From positions 1-58,136 of the IMG/VR virus record IMGVR_UViG_3300019886_000006: 58,136 nucleotides of DNA; one strand, given 5' to 3'. Shown piece after piece: positions 28,542 to 39,206 of this stretch (position 1 is the first letter of the stretch; each line of letters opens with the position of its first letter). This stretch comes from a virus (taxonomy: Duplodnaviria; Caudoviricetes). The position numbers and the translations under genes were made by a program. The notes beneath the pieces were generated by a model, which saw only the letters and a program-made list of their open reading frames with translations, was not told the origin of the DNA and made no database searches.

Positions 28542-31339
28542 TGGATAGTCTTCCAGAAGGCTTTCAATTAGATCAAGATACTACTCCTACACAGACCTCT
28601 GTAGCGCCTAATAATGCCTTGCCACAAGCCCAGAATGATGCCCTACCGCAAGGCTTCCAATTAGACAGCGAAGCCCCTACAGACGTATCAGGCGCCGTTA
28701 AAGCCGGATTAGAAGGCTTAGGCAGAGGTGTATTAGGACCATTAGCAACAGCTGCCGAAAGCCATATTCTTCATGTCCCTAAAGCTGAGATGCTAAAGCG
28801 TCAAGAAGAGCACCCTATAGCCTCTACAATAGGCGAAGTAGGCGGTCTTGGTGCAGGAATGCTTACTGGTACAGGCGAAGCTGCATTAATGGAAGGCGCC
28901 GGTAAATTAGGTGCAGAGGCTGTAGGCCTTGGTAGGCCTGTTACATATCTAGCTAAAGTAGGTAGCTCTGCTGTAAAACAAGCAGTCGAAATGGCTGTTC
29001 TTCAAAGTTCTGATGAGACTTCTAAAATGCTCATGAATGACCCTAATACAAGTGCCGAGACTGCTTTAAGTAATATAGGATTAGCATCTGCATTAGGCGC
29101 AGGTACAGGAGCTTTCGTTACAGGAGCTTTATCTCCTTTATGGAAAGCCACGGTTGGCAATAAACTAGGCGGCGTATTAGAAGGCCTTAAGATGAAACTT
29201 AACGGCGAATCAATCTCAGATGTAATGAATGAGGCCAAAGACTTAGGGCTTCAATTAAAGCCTGAAGTAGCCGCAATGATGTCTGAAGACCCATTTACTA
29301 AGAATATCGCATCTAAATTGTCTCAAACAGATACAAGTATGGCTGGTCGAGGCTATCAAGAAAGTCTTGCTGATTTCAGGAAACAAGCCTCAGACTCTAT
29401 ATTAACCGAGACAGGCAAGACACCAGAAACATTGGGTAATCTAGAAGTATCTAAATATGATTCTGGTAAAGATTGGGCCAATACCCTTGCATCTAAATAT
29501 GAAGAACAAATAGCTCCAAGTATTAAAGCCATGGAAGAAAGTAAACTTCGTTTAAAAGACGAGCCCTTGATCCCTGACCAAGTCACAAGAACTACTGATT
29601 ATAGCAATCCTTATAATACAAAGATAGCTGAGAATAAAATACCTGGTACTACATCTAATCTATCAGGGTCAGTTAACCAACAAGCAATGTCTGAAGGATG
29701 GTTATCAGATAGAAACTCTGATACAGCTAGAATGATAAAAACAGCTACTAAAGATATAGCTAATGCTAAGACTTTAGGCGATTTAATAAAAACTTCTGAG
29801 AATATTGGTAAAAATACCAAGTCAACTCTTCCTTTCGGCCAGCAAACACCTTTATCTAGAGCTGGTGCCATTATTAAAGACATGATAGAAGATCATGCCA
29901 ACCAGTTCACTATAGATAATGCAGGATCTAGAGGCTTAACAGAAGAGGTCCAAAAACTTCTTAAAGCCAAACAAGACTTTAAAGGAGTCGCTCAGATAAA
30001 GAATGCCTTAGACGATAGACTTAAGACAGGATCATCTGTTTCTGGGTTTGGTAAAGCATTGAGAGAAATGGGTACTACTGATGGTGAATCTGTATATAAC
30101 CGTTTGAATGGTGCCAAGGATGTAAATCTTCTTCAGACTATACAAGAACATTATCCTGAAGTAGCAGATAAGATCCGCCAAGCTCATCTTGATAAATTAG
30201 TAAAATCATCTATGAAAGGTGAGGACTTTGACTCTACTAAGTTTATTAAAAATACTTTTAGTAAAGACAATGTAAGTCCAGAGCTTAGGAACTTTATATT
30301 CGATCCTCAAAAACAAGATAGACTTCAAAGACTTAATGAACTTTCTAGTAAACTTAATAATACAAACCATAACTTTAGTAATACAGCTAGAACTATTGAT
30401 AAAATGACTCATGGTCATACAGGCGGGGCATTAGGCTATGCAGCTGCTTTATCTGGGCATTTAGGCGGTGCTTTGATAGCTCCATTAGCCTCATTTGGTA
30501 TACGAGAAGGCAGCGACGCCGCTAGACTCAGCATGCTTAGATTCTTGGCATCAGAAGAGCCTATCAAAGCCGAAGGTTTTAAAGCCATGGCATCAATGAT
30601 CCAGAATACTATTAAAGGCGGAACTGTTTTAAATAAAGCCGCCGTGAATGTACTTAAACCTGGAGCCCAAGTCGCAGTAATGCCTCATCTTAGACTTGTT
30701 GCAAATCGAGAAAAACTTGATAAACAAGTAGATAAATTCACGGCTTCTCCTGAGTCATTGATGTCTAAGACTCAAGGTGAGACAGGGCATTATCTCCCAC
30801 AACACCAGGTAGCTTTAACTCAGGCCACGACACAACAAATCCAATATCTAAGCCAATTAAAGCCCAGACCTGTACAACCAAGTCCGTTAGATAAGCCTAT
30901 TATGCCCTCAATGGCACAAAAAGCTGTTTATAACAAGGCTTTAGATATTGCTAATGACCCTACAATTATACTTCAGCATGTCAAAGATGGTACATTACAA
31001 ATCCAAGATATGAAACATCTTGCTGCACTTTACCCTAATGTAATGAAATCAATGGCCCAAAGACTATCTAATGAAATGGGTACGGTTCGTACAAATGATA
31101 CAGTCATTCCATATCATACAAGAATGGGATTAAGTGTGTTTTTAGGACAGGCCTTGGATAGTTCTATGCATCCACAGAATATCCAAGCAGCACAGGTATC
31201 TTTGATGCCTCAACAGTCTCAGAATCCTCAGCCCCAAAGCAAACAAAAGGGCTCACCATCAAAGATAGGCAACAAGACTAATGCAATGTATAAAACGCCT
31301 ATTCAATCAGCCGAAGGTGATCGTAGTGATCGTGACTAA
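28541..31339 (+). CDS. Large internal virion protein
   Basis: 932 aa; 'LP(E/Q)GFQLD' repeated twice; Gly/Ala-rich hydrophobic helices. Confidence 0.65.
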   Translation: MDSLPEGFQLDQDTTPTQTSVAPNNALPQAQNDALPQGFQLDSEAPTDVSGAVKAGLEGLGRGVLGPLATAAESHILHVPKAEMLKRQEEHPIASTIGEVGGLGAGMLTGTGEAALMEGAGKLGAEAVGLGRPVTYLAKVGSSAVKQAVEMAVLQSSDETSKMLMNDPNTSAETALSNIGLASALGAGTGAFVTGALSPLWKATVGNKLGGVLEGLKMKLNGESISDVMNEAKDLGLQLKPEVAAMMSEDPFTKNIASKLSQTDTSMAGRGYQESLADFRKQASDSILTETGKTPETLGNLEVSKYDSGKDWANTLASKYEEQIAPSIKAMEESKLRLKDEPLIPDQVTRTTDYSNPYNTKIAENKIPGTTSNLSGSVNQQAMSEGWLSDRNSDTARMIKTATKDIANAKTLGDLIKTSENIGKNTKSTLPFGQQTPLSRAGAIIKDMIEDHANQFTIDNAGSRGLTEEVQKLLKAKQDFKGVAQIKNALDDRLKTGSSVSGFGKALREMGTTDGESVYNRLNGAKDVNLLQTIQEHYPEVADKIRQAHLDKLVKSSMKGEDFDSTKFIKNTFSKDNVSPELRNFIFDPQKQDRLQRLNELSSKLNNTNHNFSNTARTIDKMTHGHTGGALGYAAALSGHLGGALIAPLASFGIREGSDAARLSMLRFLASEEPIKAEGFKAMASMIQNTIKGGTVLNKAAVNVLKPGAQVAVMPHLRLVANREKLDKQVDKFTASPESLMSKTQGETGHYLPQHQVALTQATTQQIQYLSQLKPRPVQPSPLDKPIMPSMAQKAVYNKALDIANDPTIILQHVKDGTLQIQDMKHLAALYPNVMKSMAQRLSNEMGTVRTNDTVIPYHTRMGLSVFLGQALDSSMHPQNIQAAQVSLMPQQSQNPQPQSKQKGSPSKIGNKTNAMYKTPIQSAEGDRSDRD

Positions 31340-31341
31340 AC

Positions 31342-31359
31342 ACCTAATACGCTATATTA
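31342..31359 (+). promoter_or_regulatory. Putative late promoter, copy 4
   Basis: ACCTAATACGCTATATTA followed by the hairpin GGGC-CATAA-GCCC. Confidence 0.7.
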
Positions 31360-31398
31360 CTAGGGCCATAAGCCCGTAATCCTAAAAGGAAGGCAATT

Positions 31399-31773
31399 AT
31401 GTCGTCTCGCCCCTTATACCAACCAACTCCAGTCATTACTAACGGAGCAATGGTAGGTAATCTCACATCTGCAATAACAATCCTCTCTAATCTCTCAATG
31501 ATGTCATATAGTTATACCTGGTCAGGAACATCTCCTGTAGGAACTATTGTAGTAGAGGTATCAAATGATTATACACAAGACTCTTCTGGTGCTACTGCTA
31601 ACCCTGGAACATGGGATGCCCTTCCTTTATCTGTAGCACCTAGTGTATCAGGTAATACAGGCACAGGATTTGTCGATATCGATCAATTAGGAGCATACGC
31701 AATCCGTACTAGATATATCGCTACCTCAGGTACAGGTACTTTGAACGCAATCTTTAAAGGAAAAGTATCATGA
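31399..31773 (+). CDS. Small beta-sandwich virion protein, similar to 36888..37247
   Basis: 'GTIVVEVSND...W...IRTRY' pattern. Confidence 0.6.
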   Translation: MSSRPLYQPTPVITNGAMVGNLTSAITILSNLSMMSYSYTWSGTSPVGTIVVEVSNDYTQDSSGATANPGTWDALPLSVAPSVSGNTGTGFVDIDQLGAYAIRTRYIATSGTGTLNAIFKGKVS

Positions 31774-34574
31774 GTTTTTATGCATTCTACCCACCAGCAA
31801 GTAGCGGAACCTCATCTAATGCCTCTGTAGGAGCTAATGGTGCAGCTGCACCTAGTTCTAGTACAGAGATTGCAGGAGTCAACCCTAGCGGTAATCTAAC
31901 ACCTGTATCAGTAGATAATGCAGGGAACGTAAATACAAATATCGTAGGAACTGTACCACTTCCTACGGGCGCATCAACTAGTGCATTACAAACTACTGGT
32001 AATACTTCTTTATCGACAATAGCAACTCAAACAAGTCATCTACCTACTTCTCTAGGCCAGACTACAATGGCTAATAGCCTTCCCGTAACTATAGCTTCTG
32101 ATCAGTCTGCTATACCAGTAACGGGCAGTTTATCGATCTCTCCTACAACTGATACGACTCCAGCGACTCAAAACGTTACAACTCAAGATTTAGCATCTAC
32201 AACTACAGCACAAGCTAATGGTCAGAACGCTATTACAGGCACTCCTACAGCAGGATCAGCTGCTAGTTTTGCCGTTACTTCTAGAGAATCAGTCGAAGTA
32301 GAAGTTACTGGTACTTGGGCGGGAACACTAGTATCTGAAGTTAGTATGGATTCAGGAGTAACTTGGTTCACTCGCGGTCTTAAACAAAGTGGTGCCTCTT
32401 ATATTTCAAGTTCATTCACGGCTAAATTTCAAGGCGGATTGAACTTTACTGGTATGACTAATTATCGAATTAGAGCTACTACTGCTATGACTGGCACTGC
32501 TACAGTTCTTATCACGGCCTCATCTAATCCAGCTTCGATTACAGTCTCTAATCCGTTGACTCTTAGAGATTCTACAGTTCAGTCTATTACTGCAACAATC
32601 AAGCCGGCCTCTACAGCCGCTTTGACTACAGATACGGCCTTGGTTGTAGCTATTAGCCCTAATACTACGATTACTTCTAGTGGTACTATTGCTGATCCTG
32701 TAACAGGAACTAAAGCTAAAGTAAATCTTACTGGTCAGTTACAAGTCAACCCAAATCCAACAGAAGTATTTAATGAATCTTTTGAAGGTGGAGTGATTGA
32801 TACAGTTAATCGCTGGAATACTCCAGTAGTAGCAGGTGCAGGAACAGTTACTCAATCAGCAGCATTAGGTTTGACTGTATCTGTTGGATCTGGAGCTAAT
32901 AGCGCGGCAGCTTTATCGTCTCAGCCTTTATTTCCTACTGATTATGCCTCTCCTTTAACTTGGGCTATCGGTTTTAAGATAGAAGCCACTACTATTGCTA
33001 CTGGTAATTATAGATTCTTTGGTTTAGGTACTCAAGGAACTTCTTATAGTACTTCTGACCCTATTGCTAATGGAGTAGGTTTTGAAATCACTACTTCAGG
33101 AGTATTAAGAGCCGTAATATACGCAAGCGACGCCTTAATATTCTCATCTAATCTAACAATCCCAACAGACGGCCTAGAACATATTGTATCTATTACTTGC
33201 CAAGGTAATTTTACTACTTGGTATTTAGATAATTTTTCAATTCCTGTTGCTACTTCTCAAACACAAGCACCAGATATGACTCTATTGCCTATAAGACTAG
33301 CATCTTTAAATGGGGTATCTACAACTACTGGTACACCATCTTTAGAATTATTTGGAGCAGCAGTATTAGATTCTGGTCGAAATGCTAGTCAAATATCAGA
33401 TGGGACTTACCCATGGCGTAAAACCAATGTAGATGTCAATAGTAATCTAGCCACTATTAATCCTGATTTAGTAGTTACTGGTGCAGCAGCACAAACTGCT
33501 ATAGTCAACAATATCTTAACAACTACTTCAGGAACGGCATCTACTAATCTGACCGGCTATAAATCAGCTAGTGTTCAAGTAGTCTCTACTGGTACAGCTG
33601 GTACTTTTATATTCGAAGGTAGTAACGATAATGTTAACTTCCAGACAATCCCGGTATTCAATCAATTAATCTTGACTGGTACACCTATCACAGCAGCTAT
33701 TACTGCGACTGCCTCGCAAATAGTATATAGTTTTCCTATTACTACTCAATATGTAAGGGTACGTATAGTAACTACGATTACTGGTGGAAGTATCCAGGCA
33801 TTCTCGAAGTTCATGCAAATGCCGTATTCTCCGGCTATTACTCAGGTAGCCCAGACTACAGCGGGTAATCTAGCTGTTACCGCAACAGTTGCATCGGGTA
33901 CAGTTACTACTGTTACGACTGTAACCTCTTCTAATACTGCAATACCTGGTATTATTGCTGACGTTGCTTCAGCTGCACTCACTACTACTACTACAACAGC
34001 CACTCTAACGCCTACATTTGGCTCTAGTTACCTTGTAAACATACCGGTAACGGTAGTATCAGGTACTACTCCTACGTTGTCTGTAGCGGTGCAGGAGTCA
34101 ATGGATACAGGCACTAATTGGGGAACTGTATATACCTTTCCTACGATCACGGCTACTGGATCTTATAACTCTCCTGTATTGACTTTGAGAGGCAACAGAG
34201 TACGTTATATCCAAACAGTTACCGGTACGACTCCTAGTTTTACTAGAGCTATAAACCGTTTACAATCTAGTACTAATTCTTATACCAAGCCCACTGGAGC
34301 TGTATTTACGGATCGTAGTGGTACAACTAGTGCAACACCAAGTACTTCTACGTTATTAGCGGCTCAAAATGATAATCGTAGATACTTCATTGTACAGAAT
34401 CTTAGTACTACTGCACCTATTTATATTAACTTCACAGCTGCGGCTGATACTACGACTTCATTACAATTATTGCCTTTAGGTAGCTATATACTAGAATCTA
34501 ATACTATTACTACTGAGGCTATAAATATCCTATCTACTTCAGCAAGCGTGTCTTACTCGGCTAAGGAGGGGTAA
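31770..34574 (+). CDS. Tail fibre / receptor-binding protein
   Basis: Thr/Ser-rich, with repeated beta-sandwich modules and a lectin-like segment. Confidence 0.65.
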   Translation: MSFYAFYPPASSGTSSNASVGANGAAAPSSSTEIAGVNPSGNLTPVSVDNAGNVNTNIVGTVPLPTGASTSALQTTGNTSLSTIATQTSHLPTSLGQTTMANSLPVTIASDQSAIPVTGSLSISPTTDTTPATQNVTTQDLASTTTAQANGQNAITGTPTAGSAASFAVTSRESVEVEVTGTWAGTLVSEVSMDSGVTWFTRGLKQSGASYISSSFTAKFQGGLNFTGMTNYRIRATTAMTGTATVLITASSNPASITVSNPLTLRDSTVQSITATIKPASTAALTTDTALVVAISPNTTITSSGTIADPVTGTKAKVNLTGQLQVNPNPTEVFNESFEGGVIDTVNRWNTPVVAGAGTVTQSAALGLTVSVGSGANSAAALSSQPLFPTDYASPLTWAIGFKIEATTIATGNYRFFGLGTQGTSYSTSDPIANGVGFEITTSGVLRAVIYASDALIFSSNLTIPTDGLEHIVSITCQGNFTTWYLDNFSIPVATSQTQAPDMTLLPIRLASLNGVSTTTGTPSLELFGAAVLDSGRNASQISDGTYPWRKTNVDVNSNLATINPDLVVTGAAAQTAIVNNILTTTSGTASTNLTGYKSASVQVVSTGTAGTFIFEGSNDNVNFQTIPVFNQLILTGTPITAAITATASQIVYSFPITTQYVRVRIVTTITGGSIQAFSKFMQMPYSPAITQVAQTTAGNLAVTATVASGTVTTVTTVTSSNTAIPGIIADVASAALTTTTTTATLTPTFGSSYLVNIPVTVVSGTTPTLSVAVQESMDTGTNWGTVYTFPTITATGSYNSPVLTLRGNRVRYIQTVTGTTPSFTRAINRLQSSTNSYTKPTGAVFTDRSGTTSATPSTSTLLAAQNDNRRYFIVQNLSTTAPIYINFTAAADTTTSLQLLPLGSYILESNTITTEAINILSTSASVSYSAKEG

Positions 34575-34774
34575 TGACTGTGAATATAATGCAGCTCACT
34601 ACTGATGAGGCAGGGAATATAGGATGGGTTACTGTAAATGTTATTCCTTATGATAGTTCTACAATCCAGAATTATATCGATGATTTAGCCTTGGATGGCA
34701 ATGGATATGCAGCTGAGATAGTAAAGGGCGATAATTTTGACCGAGTGGCACAAGCCGGAACAGTGATTATATAA
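34574..34774 (+). CDS. Hypothetical protein (possible fibre chaperone)
   Basis: Coupled between fibre genes; GGAGG SD. Confidence 0.55.
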   Translation: MTVNIMQLTTDEAGNIGWVTVNVIPYDSSTIQNYIDDLALDGNGYAAEIVKGDNFDRVAQAGTVII

Positions 34775-36888
34775 TGGGCATAACTAATCAACCAGGTTTA
34801 ACTAATCCTCTTACATCGGCATTAAATGCCAATAATAACCTAATAGACAATGTTAGTAACCCATTAGCTGCCCAAGATGCTGCAACAAAGAGTTATGTAG
34901 ACTCATCTGTAGCAGCTTTGAATCCTGCTACAGCAGTTTTTGCAGCTAGTACTACAAATATTACTGGAACATATTTAAATGGTGTTTCTGGAATAGGAGC
35001 TACATTTACTGTGACTGCTACAGGAGCATTCACATTAGATAGTACGACACCGCCTGTAAACTCTAGGATCTTGATCAAGGACCAATCAAGCGGCTTCCAA
35101 AATGGTATCTATAATCTAACAGTAACCGGATCACTTGGTATATCACCAGTGTTGACTAGATCATTAGACTATAATACAGCATCTGACATGAATTCTGCCG
35201 GTTTAATACCAGTAATTAATGGCACAGTTAATGCATTGAGTTCATGGCAACAAACAGCAGTAATAACTACTGTAGGCACTGATTCATTGGTATTCCAAGA
35301 ATTTACTGCTAATCCTAGTCTATATTTATTGAAAGCCAATAACCTTTCTGATCTTGGTAATCGCCAAACATCTTTGAATACCTTGTCGGGTGCTGTTACT
35401 TCGGCTCAATTCCTTCGTGGTAATGGAACAAATATAGTTATGTCTGCTATCCAAGTAACAGACGTACCTACCTTAAACCAAAATACAACAGGTACAGCGG
35501 CTAATATCACAGCTACAAGTAATTCTACTTTAACCACGTTATCAGCGTTATCTCTTCCTGCAACACAATTATCTGGCACATTAGCCGCGGCTCAAGAACC
35601 TGCCCATACAGGAGATGTGACTAATACAGCAGGTTCTTTGACCTTAACCTTAGCCACAGTTAACTCTAATGTAGGATCTTTTACTAGTGCTAATATCACG
35701 GTTGATGCCAAAGGCCGTATAACTGCTGCTACTAATGGAAGTGGTGGTAGTGGTGCAAATCAAACCCTTTCTAATCTCACCTCTCCTACTGCAATTAACC
35801 AGAATTTAACAGCGTTTCTTATTGATACATTTGGTAATTATACTATAAATCTAGCAGATACTTTGACTGCGTATCTTTTTGAGGTTAGCGGTACTCCTAC
35901 ATTAAATCCTGGGGATGTTTATACTAATAATGGAAATACCTTTATAGTAACTAACCCAAGTTATACCCAGACAATAAACCCTGGTTTTGCAATGCTTTAT
36001 GGGAGTACATCTAATCCTCCTCTTTCATCTGGAACATTAACTAGGACTAGTGGTACAGGATCGGCAACAGTATCATATATTGATTTTTCTATCGGTGTTA
36101 GCCAGACTCGTTTAAATATCTCAGGATCAAACCAGGCTAGTACTGGGGTAAGCGGTGGATCTGTTTCTATTAATGGCGGGTCTGCTACAGACCCTTCTAG
36201 GAATGGCGGAGATGTCGCTATTATTGGAGGAACAAACCCCTCAGGAAATGGCGGCGGGGTTACAATCTCTGGAGCTAGTGCTAATTTCGGCGGCGGTATC
36301 AGTTTACAAGCCGGAACTGGTAGCGGCCCGACAGGATCTGATGGCAGTATTAGTATATTAACTACTAATTCTGGGGGTATAAATATAACATCTGGTAGAT
36401 CTGAACTTTTAAATAATGTAGGTATTGCTACTTGTAATTGGACGGCTAAACAATTAAGCTCTTCTGATACACAGGTACAACTTTCTTGGTTTAACTTATA
36501 TTTATTTACTGTTAGTGCTGTAACTGCATTAGAGGTAGGTTCTGTATATGAAGATGATGTAGATGGAAACCAATATACAATTCTTCAAGAAATCAGTCCT
36601 ACCCAGATCTTAACAACAGGGACCGCAGCTCCAGATCCTTCGGTTACAACTTTAACATTACTAACTCCTTTTACCAATGCTAGTCTTAATGATACAACTA
36701 TAGCCGTATCATCTTCTATTTCTACATATGGTGTAAGAGTAGGAACAGATAATGCAAATAGTATCTTAGGATTCCCTAGAAATTCAGCGGATCCTACTAG
36801 TGGGGTGTTTCTAGGCGGTGACTGTTATTATAACACGACTAGTAATACTGTAAGGTTCTTTAATGGGACAGTTTGGGGAGACTTGTAA
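34774..36888 (+). CDS. Tail fibre protein
   Basis: 'DAATKSYVD', 'RILIKDQ...QNGIY', 'ITVDAKGRITAA' fibre motifs; Gly-rich repeats. Confidence 0.8.
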   Translation: MGITNQPGLTNPLTSALNANNNLIDNVSNPLAAQDAATKSYVDSSVAALNPATAVFAASTTNITGTYLNGVSGIGATFTVTATGAFTLDSTTPPVNSRILIKDQSSGFQNGIYNLTVTGSLGISPVLTRSLDYNTASDMNSAGLIPVINGTVNALSSWQQTAVITTVGTDSLVFQEFTANPSLYLLKANNLSDLGNRQTSLNTLSGAVTSAQFLRGNGTNIVMSAIQVTDVPTLNQNTTGTAANITATSNSTLTTLSALSLPATQLSGTLAAAQEPAHTGDVTNTAGSLTLTLATVNSNVGSFTSANITVDAKGRITAATNGSGGSGANQTLSNLTSPTAINQNLTAFLIDTFGNYTINLADTLTAYLFEVSGTPTLNPGDVYTNNGNTFIVTNPSYTQTINPGFAMLYGSTSNPPLSSGTLTRTSGTGSATVSYIDFSIGVSQTRLNISGSNQASTGVSGGSVSINGGSATDPSRNGGDVAIIGGTNPSGNGGGVTISGASANFGGGISLQAGTGSGPTGSDGSISILTTNSGGINITSGRSELLNNVGIATCNWTAKQLSSSDTQVQLSWFNLYLFTVSAVTALEVGSVYEDDVDGNQYTILQEISPTQILTTGTAAPDPSVTTLTLLTPFTNASLNDTTIAVSSSISTYGVRVGTDNANSILGFPRNSADPTSGVFLGGDCYYNTTSNTVRFFNGTVWGDL

Positions 36889-37247
36889 TGAAAAATGTAA
36901 ACCCACAAACTCCAGTATTAACAGGATTAGCCACTGCATCTATTAATGGGTCTGCTATAGATGCCAGCCAAATGTATCAAGTAAGTTTTCAAACAGTTAC
37001 TTTAGACACAGCCGCAGCAGGGACTATGAAAATCCAAATGAGTAATGATCCTCAACCAGCAGGGACTTATACTAACTTCACGCCTACTAATTGGAGCGAT
37101 ATTCCTAATTCGACTTCTACTGTTACAGCTGGTGTTGCATCTCCTATTATTTTATCGGTAGTTTCTGCTAGATGGCTTAGAGTAGTATTTACTAGAAGTG
37201 CCGGGACTTTAACTATTAACGTAAACATGTTTGCTATATGCATATAA
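36888..37247 (+). CDS. Small beta-sandwich virion protein
   Basis: 'GTMKIQMSND...W...RWLRVVF'. Confidence 0.6.
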   Translation: MKNVNPQTPVLTGLATASINGSAIDASQMYQVSFQTVTLDTAAAGTMKIQMSNDPQPAGTYTNFTPTNWSDIPNSTSTVTAGVASPIILSVVSARWLRVVFTRSAGTLTINVNMFAICI

Positions 37248-37254
37248 AGGATCT

Positions 37255-37617
37255 ATGGCCACACTAAATATTCCTAATTTCAATACAGAAAAAGTCATGG
37301 TAGGTCTAAATACCTACACCTATACGGTACAAGTCGCAGGACTTCATAACGCAAAGATCCAAGTCGACCACCATCAGGCATCTAATCTAACATGTACTAT
37401 AACTCAGAGTGGGTCTGTATCTCGTACACTAGCCTCAGGAACAGTTCAACCATTAGGTAGTACTGTGACTCAGGGTCAAAGCTCAATCATCTTATATGGG
37501 CTTGCTAACTGCTCTGTAGGGGATGTCATTAGTTTTGTACTTACTTCATCTGCAACTAATGATCAACAATTAAATACTATTAAATCTACATTTAAGGTAA
37601 ACGCCGGACAAGTATAA
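37255..37617 (+). CDS. Virion protein
   Basis: AAGGA SD before ATG 37255; beta-rich. Confidence 0.55.
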   Translation: MATLNIPNFNTEKVMVGLNTYTYTVQVAGLHNAKIQVDHHQASNLTCTITQSGSVSRTLASGTVQPLGSTVTQGQSSIILYGLANCSVGDVISFVLTSSATNDQQLNTIKSTFKVNAGQV

Positions 37618-37859
37618 TGGAAGATCAAAGACTATCTAGAATCGAAGCCAAAATAGATGACCAGCATGATCATTTATCGTCTATAGATGTTACTTTAAAA
37701 GGGCAAGCTGTACAATTAGAAGACCATATTGCTAGGACTAATGATTTACAAGTAATAGTAGTAGCTTTGACAAGAAAGGTCACGTTGGCTGAAGGCGCAA
37801 TCAAACTTCTAGGCGGGGCGGCTATACTAGCTGAAATAATTAGAATGTTTGTGAAATGA
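37617..37859 (+). CDS. Coiled-coil protein with a C-terminal TM segment (lysis-associated, hemolysin XhlA-like)
   Basis: Coiled coil followed by a hydrophobic tail. Confidence 0.5.
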   Translation: MEDQRLSRIEAKIDDQHDHLSSIDVTLKGQAVQLEDHIARTNDLQVIVVALTRKVTLAEGAIKLLGGAAILAEIIRMFVK

Positions 37860-38041
37860 AGAGATTTTTATTAGCTATGTTTAGTGAAAATAGTCAAGTC
37901 AGCATGATGAGAGTCATGTGTTTATTAGCACTATTAATAGCCGGGTATCTTGCTCTTAAAGGTCAGAATAATTCTGTTCCTATCTTTGTTACAGCAGCTT
38001 TCGGCGGCAAAGCTGCTCAAAAATACATCGAATTAAAATAA
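37856..38041 (+). CDS. Putative holin
   Basis: 61 aa with two hydrophobic segments; 'SMMRV...GGKAAQKYIE'. Confidence 0.6.
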   Translation: MKRFLLAMFSENSQVSMMRVMCLLALLIAGYLALKGQNNSVPIFVTAAFGGKAAQKYIELK

Positions 38042-38704
38042 TTACTTAACAGGTAGATCATAAGTAGGTGATATGATACTTAATCCGCCTTGGGTTTGTT
38101 CTACTGCATCATTAATACCTACTACTGTACCATCTTCTAGCATTGTAGGGCCTCCACTCATACCTGGTAGAACCACAGTGTTAGCACCCCAGTGAAATCC
38201 TACTCTATCTACGAAAAAGCCTTGGTTACAAAATAAAGGCCCATGATACGGGTATCCGCAACTAACTAATTTAATGTCTTTTTTCATATATTTAATAAGA
38301 TCTTCTGGTTTTGATAGGTATTTTCTTGGCAAGAATTTAGTGAAATCGCCTTTAATAATAGCGATATCTCGTCTGAAATCCCACCATAATGGTGCAGCTG
38401 ATAACCCTCTAGGAATGTTATCAGCGGCTCTAATCTCCATATAGGGAAGTAAGTGTACTTGGAATACCCCAGGCATCATTTCTTGTTCTATATTGATACA
38501 ATGGTTTGCAGTGACCGCTAAATCATTACTAATTACTACAGCGGTACAGAATGTGCCTCCTTCAGGCTCTATTAATCGTATGATAGGATTTAATTTATCA
38601 TCAGAAGCATGATATTTATCATATTCTTTTTTCAATCCTGCCCCAATAAACAAACCTGATGCTACTAAAAGTAGCGCAGCTATTACTTTAAATTTTCTAC
38701 CCAT
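38042..38704 (-). CDS. Trypsin-like serine protease with an N-terminal membrane anchor
   Basis: 'VTANHC', 'DIAII', 'PGMSGGP' triad; GGAGG SD before ATG 38704. Confidence 0.9.
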   Translation of the reverse strand: MGRKFKVIAALLLVASGLFIGAGLKKEYDKYHASDDKLNPIIRLIEPEGGTFCTAVVISNDLAVTANHCINIEQEMMPGVFQVHLLPYMEIRAADNIPRGLSAAPLWWDFRRDIAIIKGDFTKFLPRKYLSKPEDLIKYMKKDIKLVSCGYPYHGPLFCNQGFFVDRVGFHWGANTVVLPGMSGGPTMLEDGTVVGINDAVEQTQGGLSIISPTYDLPVK

Positions 38705-38721
38705 ATTACCTCCTATAAATT

Positions 38722-38913
38722 TTAATACCCAGACCAAGACCAAGACCCAGACCTAGACCCAGACCAAGACCCAGACCAAGACCCAGACCCAGACCAAGAC
38801 CTAGACCTAGACCTAGACCTAGACCAAGACCTAGACCTAGACCCAGACCTAGACCCAGACCTAGACCCAGACCTAGACTTAGACCTATATTTTTGTTTTG
38901 ATGGTAAGCGCAT
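38722..38913 (-). CDS. Ser-Arg/Gly/Trp dipeptide-repeat peptide
   Basis: Encoded by degenerate 6-bp tandem repeats; its start overlaps the upstream stop. Confidence 0.6.
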   Translation of the reverse strand: MRLPSKQKYRSKSRSGSRSGSRSGSRSRSWSRSRSRSRSWSGSGSWSGSWSGSRSGSWSWSGY

Positions 38914-39182
38914 TAAAGACTCTTTGTAACTGCATATGATTCTATAGAATTCTTTTGAACATAAAATTCATTTGAGACTCTTTGAGCATCTTTAAATTTT
39001 TTATCACCAAAAGCCCCTGTTTCATACACAATATGTGCATTCTCTAATTTAACAAACTCATCATTAACCCCTATTAATATTCCTGCATAGATATAATTCA
39101 TGCAAAATATCGTAACTGTTTGACCCATAAGAGCCAAAAATCCTTCTCCTGCTACTTCTTCTACTTTTACTAACTTTTTCAT
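38913..39182 (-). CDS. Small protein with an Sm/LSm-like fold
   Basis: 'MGQTVTIFCMNYIYAGILIGVNDEFVKLENAHIV'. Confidence 0.55.
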   Translation of the reverse strand: MKKLVKVEEVAGEGFLALMGQTVTIFCMNYIYAGILIGVNDEFVKLENAHIVYETGAFGDKKFKDAQRVSNEFYVQKNSIESYAVTKSL

Positions 39183-39206
39183 TCTTTCTCCTATATTATT
39201 AATATA

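Noticed and set aside
38727-38887. CRISPR array
   Set aside because: Degenerate 6-bp coding microsatellite with no spacers; no cas genes
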